Source: an uncultured Methanosarcinales archaeon (GTDB lineage: Archaea; Nanobdellota; Nanobdellia; Woesearchaeales; ARS49). From it: DNA of 64,000 nt. The notes beneath the pieces were generated by a model that was given only the letters and a program-made list of their open reading frames with translations, was not told the origin of the DNA and did not search any database. This document shows, one piece after another, positions 28,118-37,240 of the stretch. The position numbers were made by a program, and so were the translations under genes. Numbering within the stretch: the stretch's first letter is position 1; every line of letters begins with the position of its first letter. The stretch is from NCBI GenBank assembly GCA_964445485.1, contig CAYUPS010000002.1, positions 102,055-166,054 of the forward strand. Direction: 5' to 3'.

Positions 28118-29625
28118 GCGTGCGCCTCCGCGGGCGCGGGTGCCTGCTCGGGCGGTTTCTTGTCATTGAAATCCAGCATGGTGATGTCTCTGGTCTGGAG
28201 GTTGATGAGCGGGAAGAATCCTGGGTTCGGCTCGTGCCCGACACGCTCCTGGAAGTCCGTCTTTGCTTGGAAGCAGCTGCCCGCGAGGACGGTCACTCCC
28301 CGGTATTCACCGACACAGGAGCGGTGGATGTGCCCGGAGAGGAAGAAGTCGGGGATGCTCTCGATGATCAGGTTATCGTGCTCTGCGTCGGGAATATAGA
28401 GCGTGCTGCCGTGCGATGGCGCGAGGTGACGGCGTTGGAGGAGGAATTTCATGATGAGTTCGACGCGGTCGGAGATGTGCCGTCCTGAGTTGCGGATGGA
28501 CTCGACAGTCTCGCCGTAGTGGTCATAGGAGTATCCGTGGTAGAGGAGGAACTCAAACCCCCCGAAATCTTTCGTCTTGTGGACAAGGACGCGTCCCGGA
28601 CTGCTGATGTGGATGATGTTCGGAAGAGAGTATACCGCTTTGGCGATGTCTTGGGGGAGCACGGGTTGCGGCTCGGAGAGGCGCAGCGCGTCGTGGTTCC
28701 CCGGGCACATGATGATGGGGAGGTGCGAAGGTATCCTCGCGAGGTATTTCGCTGCGCTTTCGTACTGGCCGTAGATGTCGGTGATGGAGAGCTCTTTGTC
28801 CTGGGAAGGATAGATGCCGACGCCGTCGACGAGGTCCCCGACCATGAATATGTATTTCACTTTTTTGGCGATATCTCTTGAGATGGGGTCGTCGCTCTGC
28901 CCGTTGATCCATCTGAGGAAGTTCTCGAATTCCTTCTCCATGAACAGCGCGGACCCGACGTGGAGGTCTGAGAGGACGAGGGCGTAAACGTCCTCGGCGC
29001 ATTTCTTCTTCTCCCGCCCGAGGGGGATGTCCGGGATGAAGAAGTTGTCCGCGAAGATGATCCCTTTGCCTAGCTGTCCCGTGATGCCTATGGTCTCATC
29101 GACGACGAGGTCCATCGCCTGGGTGTAGATGGAATTGCTCTTGGAGATGAGGACCTTGATGCGGCCGCTGCGGTCTTCCACCTCCATCATGATGTTCTCG
29201 TTCTTGGTCAGCTGTTTGTCGTGGATCATGCCTATGATGGCGACTTGGTCGCGCTCGTGCTTGCCTTGGAGGCGGCTGATGGATGTGGCGTTCGAGAGTT
29301 CCTGCCGCACTTGGAGCATCTTCTCCATCGTCTTGAAGCGGGAGACGAAGTACCCTGTGAAGTCCTCTGTCTTCCAGCTCCTGGTCTCTTTGGCATAGCT
29401 GAAGAGCACGGAGATGGGCGATGCGGGAGGCAGTGCTGCTGCGGCGGCAGCGACGGACGGGGAGGCGCCTGTTGTGAGTATGGCGCTCGCGGGAACTTTG
29501 CGCTGGACCATCCCCATGACGCTCGCACGGATTTGGGGGTCTTCGAGCGTTTTGAGGAAGTCCGGCTTGACAAGGACGCCTTGGGCCATCAAGTATTCGA
29601 CTATCTCCTTTTTCGCGGGGTCCAT
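28114..29625 (-). CDS. polD-S: DNA polymerase II (PolD) small subunit DP1 (calcineurin-like phosphoesterase/exonuclease)
   Basis: PDE motifs GDLVD, GNHD and GHIH. Sits between orc1 and DP2. Confidence 0.9.
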   Translation of the reverse strand: MDPAKKEIVEYLMAQGVLVKPDFLKTLEDPQIRASVMGMVQRKVPASAILTTGASPSVAAAAAALPPASPISVLFSYAKETRSWKTEDFTGYFVSRFKTMEKMLQVRQELSNATSISRLQGKHERDQVAIIGMIHDKQLTKNENIMMEVEDRSGRIKVLISKSNSIYTQAMDLVVDETIGITGQLGKGIIFADNFFIPDIPLGREKKKCAEDVYALVLSDLHVGSALFMEKEFENFLRWINGQSDDPISRDIAKKVKYIFMVGDLVDGVGIYPSQDKELSITDIYGQYESAAKYLARIPSHLPIIMCPGNHDALRLSEPQPVLPQDIAKAVYSLPNIIHISSPGRVLVHKTKDFGGFEFLLYHGYSYDHYGETVESIRNSGRHISDRVELIMKFLLQRRHLAPSHGSTLYIPDAEHDNLIIESIPDFFLSGHIHRSCVGEYRGVTVLAGSCFQAKTDFQERVGHEPNPGFFPLINLQTRDITMLDFNDKKPPEQAPAPAEAHA

Positions 29626-29631
29626 TGGGAG

Positions 29632-30858
29632 TTAGATGCCGAGGGCTTCCTCCAATTTCTTGCGCACGCGGGGGAGAAGGTTTCCTTGGATCGCGAGCGT
29701 GATGTCTCGCGTGCGGCCGTACCTGCCTTTGGATGCGACTTTGGCGGAGAGGAGTCCTGTCATGTCCATCTCTGAGATGATGTCGCTGACGCGGCGCTGC
29801 GTGAGGGGGCGCTCTTTGACTCGGTTGCAGAGGCCTTCGTAGACTTCGCAGAGTTCGCCGGTGAGTATCGGCTCTTTCTTCTGCTCGGAGAGGGCTATCG
29901 CGGCGAAGAGAACGATCTGGTATTGGCGGGGGTAGGAACCGACAAGATCGAGGACGTTGTCTGTGTTGATTTTCTGCTGGGCTTCATCGAGGTGCGCCAT
30001 GAACACGCCTGCGCTGTTCTGCCGCTCGGCTAGCTCTCCTGCGACGCGCAGGAGGTTGATGGCGAGGCGCGCATCGCCGTGCTCTTTTGCGGCGAGGGCT
30101 GCGCATTTCTCGATGACTCCTTCTTGGAGTATCTTGGGCCGGAATGCTTCGCCGGCGCGCTCGCGCAGGAGGTCCTGCAGCTGCATGGCGTTGTACTTGC
30201 TGAAGAGTATGCTCTCCATGTTCAGGCTGCTGCGGGCTCGGAGGTCGAGATCTTCCATGAATCTCGCGCTGTTGGAGATTCCGACGATGCTGACTGTGGA
30301 GTTGCGCAGTTCTGTGTTGAGGCGGGTGAGGGTGTAGACGAGGTCCTGTCCTGACTTGTCGATGAGCTGGTCAATCTCATCGAGGACGAGGATGAGCATC
30401 ATCTTCTGGTTGTCGATGGCGTTGAGGAATATCTTGTAGACTTCTTCTGTTGGCAGGCCTGTGGAAGGGACGGCTTTGCCGAGTTCCTTTGCGAGCTCAG
30501 CGAAGAGGCGGTATTGTGTGTCTGCGACTTGCCGTTGCTTGCAGTTGAGGTGTATCGCTTTGAGGGGGATGCCTTTGGCTTGCGCGATTTTATCGAGCTC
30601 GTTGCAGGTGTGCTTGACGCTGAGGGTTTTGCCTGTGCCGGGGCTTCCGAAGATGAAGAGGTTGGAGGGTTTCTCGCCGCGCAGCGCGGGCGCGAGGATT
30701 TTCGCGATCTGCGAGAGCTCTTCTTCGCGGTGGACGAGCGCGGATGGAAGGTATTCTTCTTGCATCACCCGCTTGTTCTTGAACAGCAGTTCTTTGACGA
30801 GATAGGATTCGAAATAGTTGGCCAGGTTGTCCCCCATACATTCTCGACGCGAAATCAA
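29632..30858 (-). CDS. orc1: Orc1/Cdc6 origin recognition and initiator protein
   Basis: AAA+ Walker A GSPGTGKT, Walker B LVLDEID, C-terminal winged helix. First gene of the orc1-DP1-DP2 operon. Confidence 0.9.
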   Translation of the reverse strand: MISRRECMGDNLANYFESYLVKELLFKNKRVMQEEYLPSALVHREEELSQIAKILAPALRGEKPSNLFIFGSPGTGKTLSVKHTCNELDKIAQAKGIPLKAIHLNCKQRQVADTQYRLFAELAKELGKAVPSTGLPTEEVYKIFLNAIDNQKMMLILVLDEIDQLIDKSGQDLVYTLTRLNTELRNSTVSIVGISNSARFMEDLDLRARSSLNMESILFSKYNAMQLQDLLRERAGEAFRPKILQEGVIEKCAALAAKEHGDARLAINLLRVAGELAERQNSAGVFMAHLDEAQQKINTDNVLDLVGSYPRQYQIVLFAAIALSEQKKEPILTGELCEVYEGLCNRVKERPLTQRRVSDIISEMDMTGLLSAKVASKGRYGRTRDITLAIQGNLLPRVRKKLEEALGI

Positions 30859-31128
30859 GGTATTTAATTATTTCTGTGGTGCAAAGAGATGTTTGGTTTC
30901 GAGCATCCTCCCACCCCTTCATTTCTTGTGGAAGCGCTGTATGTATGTATGTATCTATAAGATATTTATATATATAAAATATATACTCTCTAAACAACAA
31001 ACACCAAAGAGATCCGACGCTCCATGAGAAATAAGGGGGTGAGTGTTCTGTAGCCACTCTCCAAGAGTAACAAATGGCGAATCTTTTTATACACCTCGCC
31101 CATCTCGCGGCAGGAGCGCTGACGCCGC
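30859..31128. other. candidate chromosomal replication origin (oriC): AT-rich unwinding element plus ORB-like repeats, immediately upstream of orc1
   Basis: About 75 bp of locally very AT-rich DNA (30938-31012) in an otherwise GC-rich genome, including (TGTA)4. Flanked by TTCTGTGGTGCAAAG (30871-30886), TTCTTGTGGAAGCGC (30923-30937) and GTTCTGTAGCC (31045-31055). The orc1-polD synteny matches the Pyrococcus origin arrangement. Confidence 0.55.
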
Positions 31129-31923
31129 ATGATAGTGCAACGAGACTTTCTCAACAAGCTCAAGGACTTCGGGCTCAACAGCTACGAATCCAAACTCTGG
31201 GCCGCGCTCCTCTCCCGCGGCATTGCGACCGCAGGAGAGCTAAGCGATATCGCCAATGTCCCCCGCTCCCGCTGCTATGATGTCCTCGAATCGCTCGAGC
31301 GCAAAGGATTCGTCATGATGAAGCTCGGCAAGCCGATCAAATACCTCGCGGTCTCCCCCGCAGACGTCCTCGAGCGCGTCAAGAAGAACATCCACGAAGA
31401 GCTCCAGCGCAGGACCGAGACCATCGACGGCATGCGCGCCAGCGAACTCATCGACTCCCTCACCGCGCTCTACAAACAAGGCATCGAGGGCGTCGACCCG
31501 ACGGAATGCTCAGGCGCGATCAAAGGCCAAGCGAACGTCTACGCGCACCTCGCAGAGCACATCAAGAACGCCAAGAGCTCAGTCCTCCTCTGCACGACAG
31601 CCCAAGGCCTCTCGCGCAAAGCGGAATCACTCTACACCGCGCTCCGCAAAGCGAAGAACCGCGGCGTTGCAATCAAGATACTCGCGCCGCACACCCCCGC
31701 CGCCAAAGATGCGATAGAGTCCCTCAAGGACTGCGCGCAGCTCCAGAACGCCCCCGGCAACTCCCTCCGTTTCTGCGTCATCGACAGCAAACAGGCAACA
31801 CTCCTCGCGCTCGATGACGAGAAGGCGCACCCCCACTATGACTTCGGCATCTGGGTCAACACACCCCACTTCGCCGGCGCGATGGAGCGGCTCTTTGAGA
31901 AACTCTGGGCAGACGCCAGATAA
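31129..31923 (+). CDS. TrmB-family transcriptional regulator (N-terminal HTH plus TrmB C-terminal domain)
   Basis: N-terminal wHTH (NSYESKLWAALLSRGIATAGELSDIANVPRSRCYDVLESLERKG) typical of TrmB. Confidence 0.6.
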   Translation: MIVQRDFLNKLKDFGLNSYESKLWAALLSRGIATAGELSDIANVPRSRCYDVLESLERKGFVMMKLGKPIKYLAVSPADVLERVKKNIHEELQRRTETIDGMRASELIDSLTALYKQGIEGVDPTECSGAIKGQANVYAHLAEHIKNAKSSVLLCTTAQGLSRKAESLYTALRKAKNRGVAIKILAPHTPAAKDAIESLKDCAQLQNAPGNSLRFCVIDSKQATLLALDDEKAHPHYDFGIWVNTPHFAGAMERLFEKLWADAR

Positions 31924-31988
31924 GCCTCCGTCGTAACCTTTTTATAGTAGCCTGCCCCCGTCCATCACAGAAAAGAGGTGTATCCAGT

Positions 31989-32186
31989 ATGGTCCAAGAC
32001 CCCATGATGGCCACAGTCCTGTTCGTATTCCTCGGCGTCCTCGCCGCGATCGTCTACTGCATGCGAGTCCTCGTCCTCATGGAGAGGCGCGTCGCCCGCA
32101 TCGAAGAGCATATCGACGGCATCGCGCACAAGATACTGGTCGAAGAGCAGAAAATCAGCCGCGCGGTCTCCAAACGCAAGCGCTAA
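31989..32186 (+). CDS. hypothetical small membrane protein (65 aa; one TM plus coiled coil)
   Basis: TATA-like at 31940. Single hydrophobic helix. No recognisable homology. Confidence 0.35.
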   Translation: MVQDPMMATVLFVFLGVLAAIVYCMRVLVLMERRVARIEEHIDGIAHKILVEEQKISRAVSKRKR

Positions 32187-32189
32187 GAA

Positions 32190-32705
32190 TCACGCAGCGC
32201 GCGCCTTCAATTCCTTCTCGAGCTGCAGGAGCTCCGCTTCGAGCTCCTTGATCTTCTCTGCGTTGTCCTCCTCATTGAGGAGCATGCCGCACTCCGGGCA
32301 CTTGAATGAGAACTCCGTGCTCTGCTCGAAATCGAGCCGCACGCACCGGTTCTGGCAGATGAAGAAGTGGTTATTGCGCTCGCGATCAAGCCGCTCCTTG
32401 AGCTTCTCGACCTTCCGCTTCTTGAGATTGATGAGCAGGAACTTCACCTGTTTCGGCTCGAACGTCCAGTAATAGATGTACCAACCCTTCTTCTTGTCTT
32501 TCTTGCGCACAAAGCTCACGAGATTCAGGTCATACAGCCGATAGAGCATGTTGCGCGTGTGGTTGATCTCCTGCTTGATGTCCTGCGCGAGCTTGAACTC
32601 CGAGACGTTCTTCTTGTTCTTCAACGCCTTGACAAGAGGGAGTATGTCCGGACCTGCGATGTCCGTGACGACCGTCTCGACAACTTTCATCGGGGATTGC
32701 GCCAT
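32190..32705 (-). CDS. tfe: transcription factor E (TFE-alpha, TFIIE-alpha homologue)
   Basis: Start trimmed to MAQSPMKV. Winged helix plus C-terminal zinc ribbon (CQNRC...CPECG). Confidence 0.8.
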   Translation of the reverse strand: MAQSPMKVVETVVTDIAGPDILPLVKALKNKKNVSEFKLAQDIKQEINHTRNMLYRLYDLNLVSFVRKKDKKKGWYIYYWTFEPKQVKFLLINLKKRKVEKLKERLDRERNNHFFICQNRCVRLDFEQSTEFSFKCPECGMLLNEEDNAEKIKELEAELLQLEKELKARAA

Positions 32706-32769
32706 GGGGATGAGATGGATGCCTCTGCGCGTAAATTTATGAGAGGGGGCTTTATCGTCGATGCGCGAC

Positions 32770-33186
32770 TTATAAACCTTTCGTTGCCCGCTCGGCGGGC
32801 GCGATGAGCTGCGAGAAATCCCTGCCGATTGCTTCCGCAAGCGAACGCACCACGACCAAGCTGCGGTCGGCTTCTTTCATCTCCTGCGGCGCCAAGAACC
32901 ACCACTGACCGCCGCTGAACCGCACCGCGATGTATGCCTGCGCGTCAAAGCGCTGCGCGAACGCGGCGAGCGCATCGACCTGCTCGCGATCCACGTATTG
33001 TGTGTCCCCTTCGCAGGACTTGCACTCAATCACGAGCCGTCGCGCCCCATCGCTCGCGATGACATCGGGCGAAGGATAACGCATGCTGCCCGACCCCGCG
33101 ACGCGCACCGCGGCCCATCCCGCCGCCTTCCAGAACGCATGGACCAATTCTCTCTCGGCAGCAGTGCCCTTGCGCTTTCGGTTCAT
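32770..33186 (-). CDS. hjc: Holliday junction resolvase Hjc
   Basis: Start trimmed to MNRKRKGTAAERELV. Nuclease core GSGS...PDVIA...VIECK fits the Hjc family. TATA-like AAAGTATTTTAGG upstream. Confidence 0.75.
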   Translation of the reverse strand: MNRKRKGTAAERELVHAFWKAAGWAAVRVAGSGSMRYPSPDVIASDGARRLVIECKSCEGDTQYVDREQVDALAAFAQRFDAQAYIAVRFSGGQWWFLAPQEMKEADRSLVVVRSLAEAIGRDFSQLIAPAERATKGL

Positions 33187-33265
33187 CCCCAGAAGACCCC
33201 CTCTTCGCCTAAAATACTTTGCGGCAGGCTGACCAGTGCATTTTTGCGCACCCCGGCTCATCCCC

Positions 33266-34147
33266 TCACTTTTTGCGCGCGCGGCCCAGCGCTTGCGCGG
33301 TCGCAGCCCGCAACTGAGCAGCCAGCGCAGGATCCCTGTTGATGAGCATCTGCACCTGCGCGCGCTTCTCGAATATATCCTGCGCGAGAGTTGCGGAATC
33401 AAGCATGTCGATACTCTTGGCCTGGGTGTATGTCCGTCGCAGACCCTCCGCGAGCGCTGGAGGGACAAACAGTTGAACAACATAATCCCCGAAGACGATG
33501 ACATCCGCAGTATCCGCGCATCTCGCGCCAGTCTTAACTTGCACGCCGCATGTCCTGTAGAATTTCGCGGACCACCTGTCGGCCGGCGTGTCTCCCGCGC
33601 ACAGGAGCTGGAGCGGATAGCCTTTGGAGGTCATGCTCTTGATCCAGTTGTACTCCGCGCGCATATAGAACAGCGGACGCCACTCGTGGCGATGGTGGAC
33701 GCAGATGCTCTTGCGCACGTCCAGATGGAGGAGCTGGTGCTTCATGAGATAATAGAGATATTTCTCCGCGTCGAACCACGTATCAAAAGACAGCACCGTG
33801 ACGCCGTCTCCGCCGCGGACATCGACGACTCCTTCACCCACCCTCCCGCCAGACCCCGCGGAGCTGAAGTAATTAGACTGGACGACCTCTGTGAAGTCAT
33901 GCACTTGCTTGAGCCATTTGAGATTCATCTCGTACCGCCCTTCTTTCTTGACGAGCACTCCCGCGTCGACGAGTTCATAGGCAGTCTTGTACACCGCTTG
34001 GTACGTGACGCCAGACGCGAACCTCCGCTTGATTTCGTGATGCATTTGCTTGAGGGTCAGCGGCCATGTGTAACTCAGCACCGAGACGAGGTGGTCTTTC
34101 GTGCTGGTCCCCTTGCCGAGATGGGGCAGCGTGAGCGAGAATGCCAT
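33266..34147 (-). CDS. hypothetical protein with an N-terminal winged-helix DNA-binding domain
   Basis: Predicted wHTH (LTLKQMHHEIKRRFASGVTYQAVYKTAYELVDAGVLVKKEGRYEMN). Remainder is uncharacterised. Confidence 0.4.
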   Translation of the reverse strand: MAFSLTLPHLGKGTSTKDHLVSVLSYTWPLTLKQMHHEIKRRFASGVTYQAVYKTAYELVDAGVLVKKEGRYEMNLKWLKQVHDFTEVVQSNYFSSAGSGGRVGEGVVDVRGGDGVTVLSFDTWFDAEKYLYYLMKHQLLHLDVRKSICVHHRHEWRPLFYMRAEYNWIKSMTSKGYPLQLLCAGDTPADRWSAKFYRTCGVQVKTGARCADTADVIVFGDYVVQLFVPPALAEGLRRTYTQAKSIDMLDSATLAQDIFEKRAQVQMLINRDPALAAQLRAATAQALGRARKK

Positions 34148-34280
34148 ATCCTGTGCGGGCGAGGACGTTGTATTTATTCCTTGTGCCTCAACCAGCCACT
34201 CAAAATAAATGAACTAAATAGTTTATTGCCGGCTCAACCTCCATTTTATCACCGCGCCTGCGCCCAGCACAGCAAAAGAG

Positions 34281-35351
34281 GTGCATACAATGATGACACT
34301 CGAGAGGCTCGTGCAGCACGGCAAGGACGCGGGCAGCATCAATGAGAGAGACGCGACAGCGCTCCGCTTCCACTCGCGCATAACCGAGTTCCTCGACAAT
34401 TTCGAGATGACCGGCATCGCGAAACTCCCCAGCCTCTGGCGCAGCAGCAACATCGTCCTGCGGATCAGCACGAGCGGCGGTGACTTCGCGTTCAAGTACA
34501 TCAACGACATCGAAGCCGCCCGCGAAGTCGACCACGTCGCGTCGCTGAGAAAATCATACATCGGCTTCCTCCCGAAAGTGTACTGCCGAGAAGGACAGGC
34601 GTACCTGATGGAATTCGTCCCCGGCGTAGACTTCTTCACCGCAGCCAAAACCGCAGACCGCAACGACATCGGCGATCTGCTGCGCCGCGGCGGCCACTCG
34701 ATCGGTGACGTCCTCAACAAATACCGTCTCGAGCGGGCCCCCGCGTCAGGCATCGCCCAAATCGGCAAGACCCTCGATCACTACAGCGCCAAGAGCGAGA
34801 AATCAGGCACGGCATCGCCAGCGATCGCGAACGCGCTGCGCGCAGGCATCCAACAATGGCGCGAACCTCTCGAGAAATACGACGGACAGACGAGCCATAA
34901 CGATCTCAACGCAGCCAATGTCATCTTCTGCCCAGACGGTGCGGCGCGCGCCATAGACCCTGAGTTCGACAGCACAGGCATCAACGATCCCGCCCGCGAC
35001 ATCGGCAGGTACGCGGCGTCGATATATTTCAACACCTATGATTATTTCGGCAACAACCCCGCCCTCGCGGAGAGACATCTGCGCTCGTTCCTCGCCGGCG
35101 TCAACGCGGCGTTCGCACGTGCAGACAGGCAGACCTGGGCCAGAACCGCATTCTACATCGGTCAGTCGGCAATCGCATTCGCGAACTTCAACGCGAAAAC
35201 CCCCGGCATCCAGCCGCAGTACTACGCCGCCGGCGCAGTCATCCTCGCTCGTCCCTGGAAAGAGCACTCTTCCGCGGACGAAGTCGCGGCCCGTGTCCAC
35301 GCAGCATTCACCGCAGCCAGAGGTTCTGACCATGCGAGCACTGCTCTTTGA
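34281..35351 (+). CDS. APH/choline-kinase-family phosphotransferase
   Basis: Brenner motif SHNDLNAANVIF and downstream IDPEF (DFG-equivalent). Confidence 0.6.
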   Translation: MHTMMTLERLVQHGKDAGSINERDATALRFHSRITEFLDNFEMTGIAKLPSLWRSSNIVLRISTSGGDFAFKYINDIEAAREVDHVASLRKSYIGFLPKVYCREGQAYLMEFVPGVDFFTAAKTADRNDIGDLLRRGGHSIGDVLNKYRLERAPASGIAQIGKTLDHYSAKSEKSGTASPAIANALRAGIQQWREPLEKYDGQTSHNDLNAANVIFCPDGAARAIDPEFDSTGINDPARDIGRYAASIYFNTYDYFGNNPALAERHLRSFLAGVNAAFARADRQTWARTAFYIGQSAIAFANFNAKTPGIQPQYYAAGAVILARPWKEHSSADEVAARVHAAFTAARGSDHASTAL

Positions 35352-35940
35352 CCTCGATGAGACGCTGTACCGCTCGGCCGCCCTGCGCGCCGCGCGCGAC
35401 CAGGCGATCATCGATGCGGTCGCGGCCCGGCGCGGCATCCCCCGCGGCGAGGCGGCCGCCGCGTACGCTGCCGAGAAACAAGGCAAGCCGACAGTCGAGG
35501 CGCTGCGGTCTCTCGGCGTTCCTCTCGAGGCATTCTGGCGCGCGCTCGCGAGCGTCGACCCGCGGCCGTATGTCCCTGTCGACGGATCGTTGCGCGCCAT
35601 GCTCATCCGTCTGCGCGCAGAGCACAGGCTCGGCATACTGACCAACAGCCCCCGCGCGGCGGCCGACGGCGTGCTCGCCGCGCTCGGCGTGCGGTCGCTC
35701 TTCGATGTGGTGCTCGGCGCAGATGACGTGCCCGCTCCCAAGCCGTCGCGCGCGGCTTTTGAATTGGCGCTCGAGCGCCTCGGCAGCATGCCGCAGGACA
35801 CTGTCATGATCGGCAACAGCGTCGAGAAGGATGTGCTTCCCGCGCTCGCGCTCGGCATGCGCGCAATCAGGATAGGGCCTCCGGATGGGCGGGCGCCGGA
35901 ATCCCTCGAGAGCGTGCACCATCTGCTCTTGGCGCTCTGA
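35332..35940 (+). CDS. HAD-superfamily hydrolase (phosphatase)
   Basis: Start trimmed to MRALLFDLDETLY (DxDxT motif). Overlaps the kinase gene by 20 nt in another frame. Confidence 0.65.
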   Translation: MRALLFDLDETLYRSAALRAARDQAIIDAVAARRGIPRGEAAAAYAAEKQGKPTVEALRSLGVPLEAFWRALASVDPRPYVPVDGSLRAMLIRLRAEHRLGILTNSPRAAADGVLAALGVRSLFDVVLGADDVPAPKPSRAAFELALERLGSMPQDTVMIGNSVEKDVLPALALGMRAIRIGPPDGRAPESLESVHHLLLAL

Positions 35941-35980
35941 AGGCAACCTTTTTAATCTCGCTGCGGGTCTGTCGGCACGA

Positions 35981-36081
35981 ACGGCCGTAGTCTAGCGGTA
36001 GGACACTGCCCTCCCAGGAAGCATCTGGACCGAGAGGCTCGGCGCAAGGCAGTTGCCCGGGTTCAAATCCCGGCGGCCGTA
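35981..36081 (+). tRNA. tRNA-Gly (anticodon CCC) with a 30-nt intron (36017-36046) at the canonical 37/38 position
   Basis: Hand fold: acceptor ACGGCCG/CGGCCGT, discriminator A73, C2-G71 and G3-C70 (Gly identity), anticodon stem CTGCC/GGCAG, loop CTCCCA|intron|A. The intron forms a bulge-helix-bulge motif with one U-C mismatch in the central helix. TATA TTTTTAATC lies about 28 nt upstream. Confidence 0.65.
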
Positions 36082-36082
36082 T

Positions 36083-36406
36083 ATGGAATGGTGGACAGTC
36101 CCGGCAGCGGTCATGTGCGCGGTCGGATGCAACCAGGCGCTCAAAGCGCTCATTGAAGGCGACACGAGATCGCTGCTTCGCTACGGCGGTTTTCCCAGCT
36201 CGCACGCCGCGCTCACCGCCGCGCTCACCAGCGCGATCGGGGCGCTTGAAGGGCCGAGCGGCGCGTTCTGGCTCTCTCTCGGTTTCTTTGCGCTGACATT
36301 GTATGACGCGCTCCGCCTGCGCAGGCATCACAAGCCCCGTGACATCCTCGCAGGAACCCTGATCGGCGCGGCGGCGACGGCGGCAGTACTCCTCGTCGCG
36401 CTCTGA
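36083..36406 (+). CDS. DUF212/divergent-PAP2-family membrane protein
   Basis: GGFPSSHAA motif typical of the divergent PAP2 family. ATG is 2 nt after the tRNA-Gly 3' end. Confidence 0.45.
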   Translation: MEWWTVPAAVMCAVGCNQALKALIEGDTRSLLRYGGFPSSHAALTAALTSAIGALEGPSGAFWLSLGFFALTLYDALRLRRHHKPRDILAGTLIGAAATAAVLLVAL

Positions 36407-36507
36407 ACTCCCTTTTTATGCTTTTTATGCGTACCTGCGCGTGAAAAAACCACGGCGAAAACATTAAATACTTGGTCGGTAGCGCGTTCCCATTGCTGGG
36501 TGAGAAC

Positions 36508-37236
36508 ATGGACAACGCTCTCAAGAATGTTGTTGGAGGCATCGTCGACGGGTCCGCAATGGGCCCAAGGCATAGCGACGCGGGAAAATTCCAGCGCCTT
36601 CTTCCGACACTGATTGATAAGAAATTCGAAGACATCAACCTCTCCATGTTCGACGAGAGCACACGTCAGCACCTGCTCAACGCGCTCGGCGAAGAATACC
36701 TGCGCCGCGGCAGGCTCAACGACGCGCTCAAAGCATTCATCCTCACATCAAACAAAGACGCGCTCACCCGCATCGGCGAAGACTACGAACGCGTCAGCCT
36801 CTTCTCCAACGCCATCGACGCGTACCGCCTCGCGGACAACACCCGCAAGCTCGCTGAAGCCGGCGACAAATGCCTCGGCGACGGCAAGATAGCAGACGCG
36901 ATCAAGGCATACCGCCTGCTCAACGACGTCGAGCGCCTGACCAAGGTCGGCGAAGACTGCATGCGCAAGGCCAAATGGGACCACGCGATAGAAGTGTTCA
37001 GCGCGGTCGGCAACAGGGAACAGCTGCTCGCGGTCGGTGAAGCGTGCATGCGCGATCATCAGATCGCGCTCGCTGCGCGCGCGTTCGAACTCGCGGGCGA
37101 CAAAGAGAGCCTCTCGCGCCTCGGAGACCAATGCCTGCGCGAAGGCCTTGTCGGCACCGCGCTCCGCGCCTACACTCAGGCGGGCAACGACATGATGATC
37201 AGTTTCATCAAAGAGAATTTCAAGAACCAGATGTGA
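36508..37236 (+). CDS. hypothetical alpha-helical repeat protein (five 29-aa repeats with a conserved G-[DE]-x-C-[LM]-R core)
   Basis: Repeats LAEAGDKCLGDGKIADAIKAYRLLNDVER, LTKVGEDCMRKAKWDHAIEVFSAVGNREQ and so on. Start at MDNALKNVV, downstream of TATA CATTAAATACT. Confidence 0.5.
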   Translation: MDNALKNVVGGIVDGSAMGPRHSDAGKFQRLLPTLIDKKFEDINLSMFDESTRQHLLNALGEEYLRRGRLNDALKAFILTSNKDALTRIGEDYERVSLFSNAIDAYRLADNTRKLAEAGDKCLGDGKIADAIKAYRLLNDVERLTKVGEDCMRKAKWDHAIEVFSAVGNREQLLAVGEACMRDHQIALAARAFELAGDKESLSRLGDQCLREGLVGTALRAYTQAGNDMMISFIKENFKNQM

Positions 37237-37240
37237 GAGC

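Noticed and set aside
35981-36081. Alternative identity tRNA-Trp(CCA) for the intron-containing tRNA
   Set aside because: Anticodon-loop register with U33 and purine 37 gives CCC, not CCA. C2-G71, G3-C70 and A73 fit Gly identity. BHB geometry supports the 37/38 junction.
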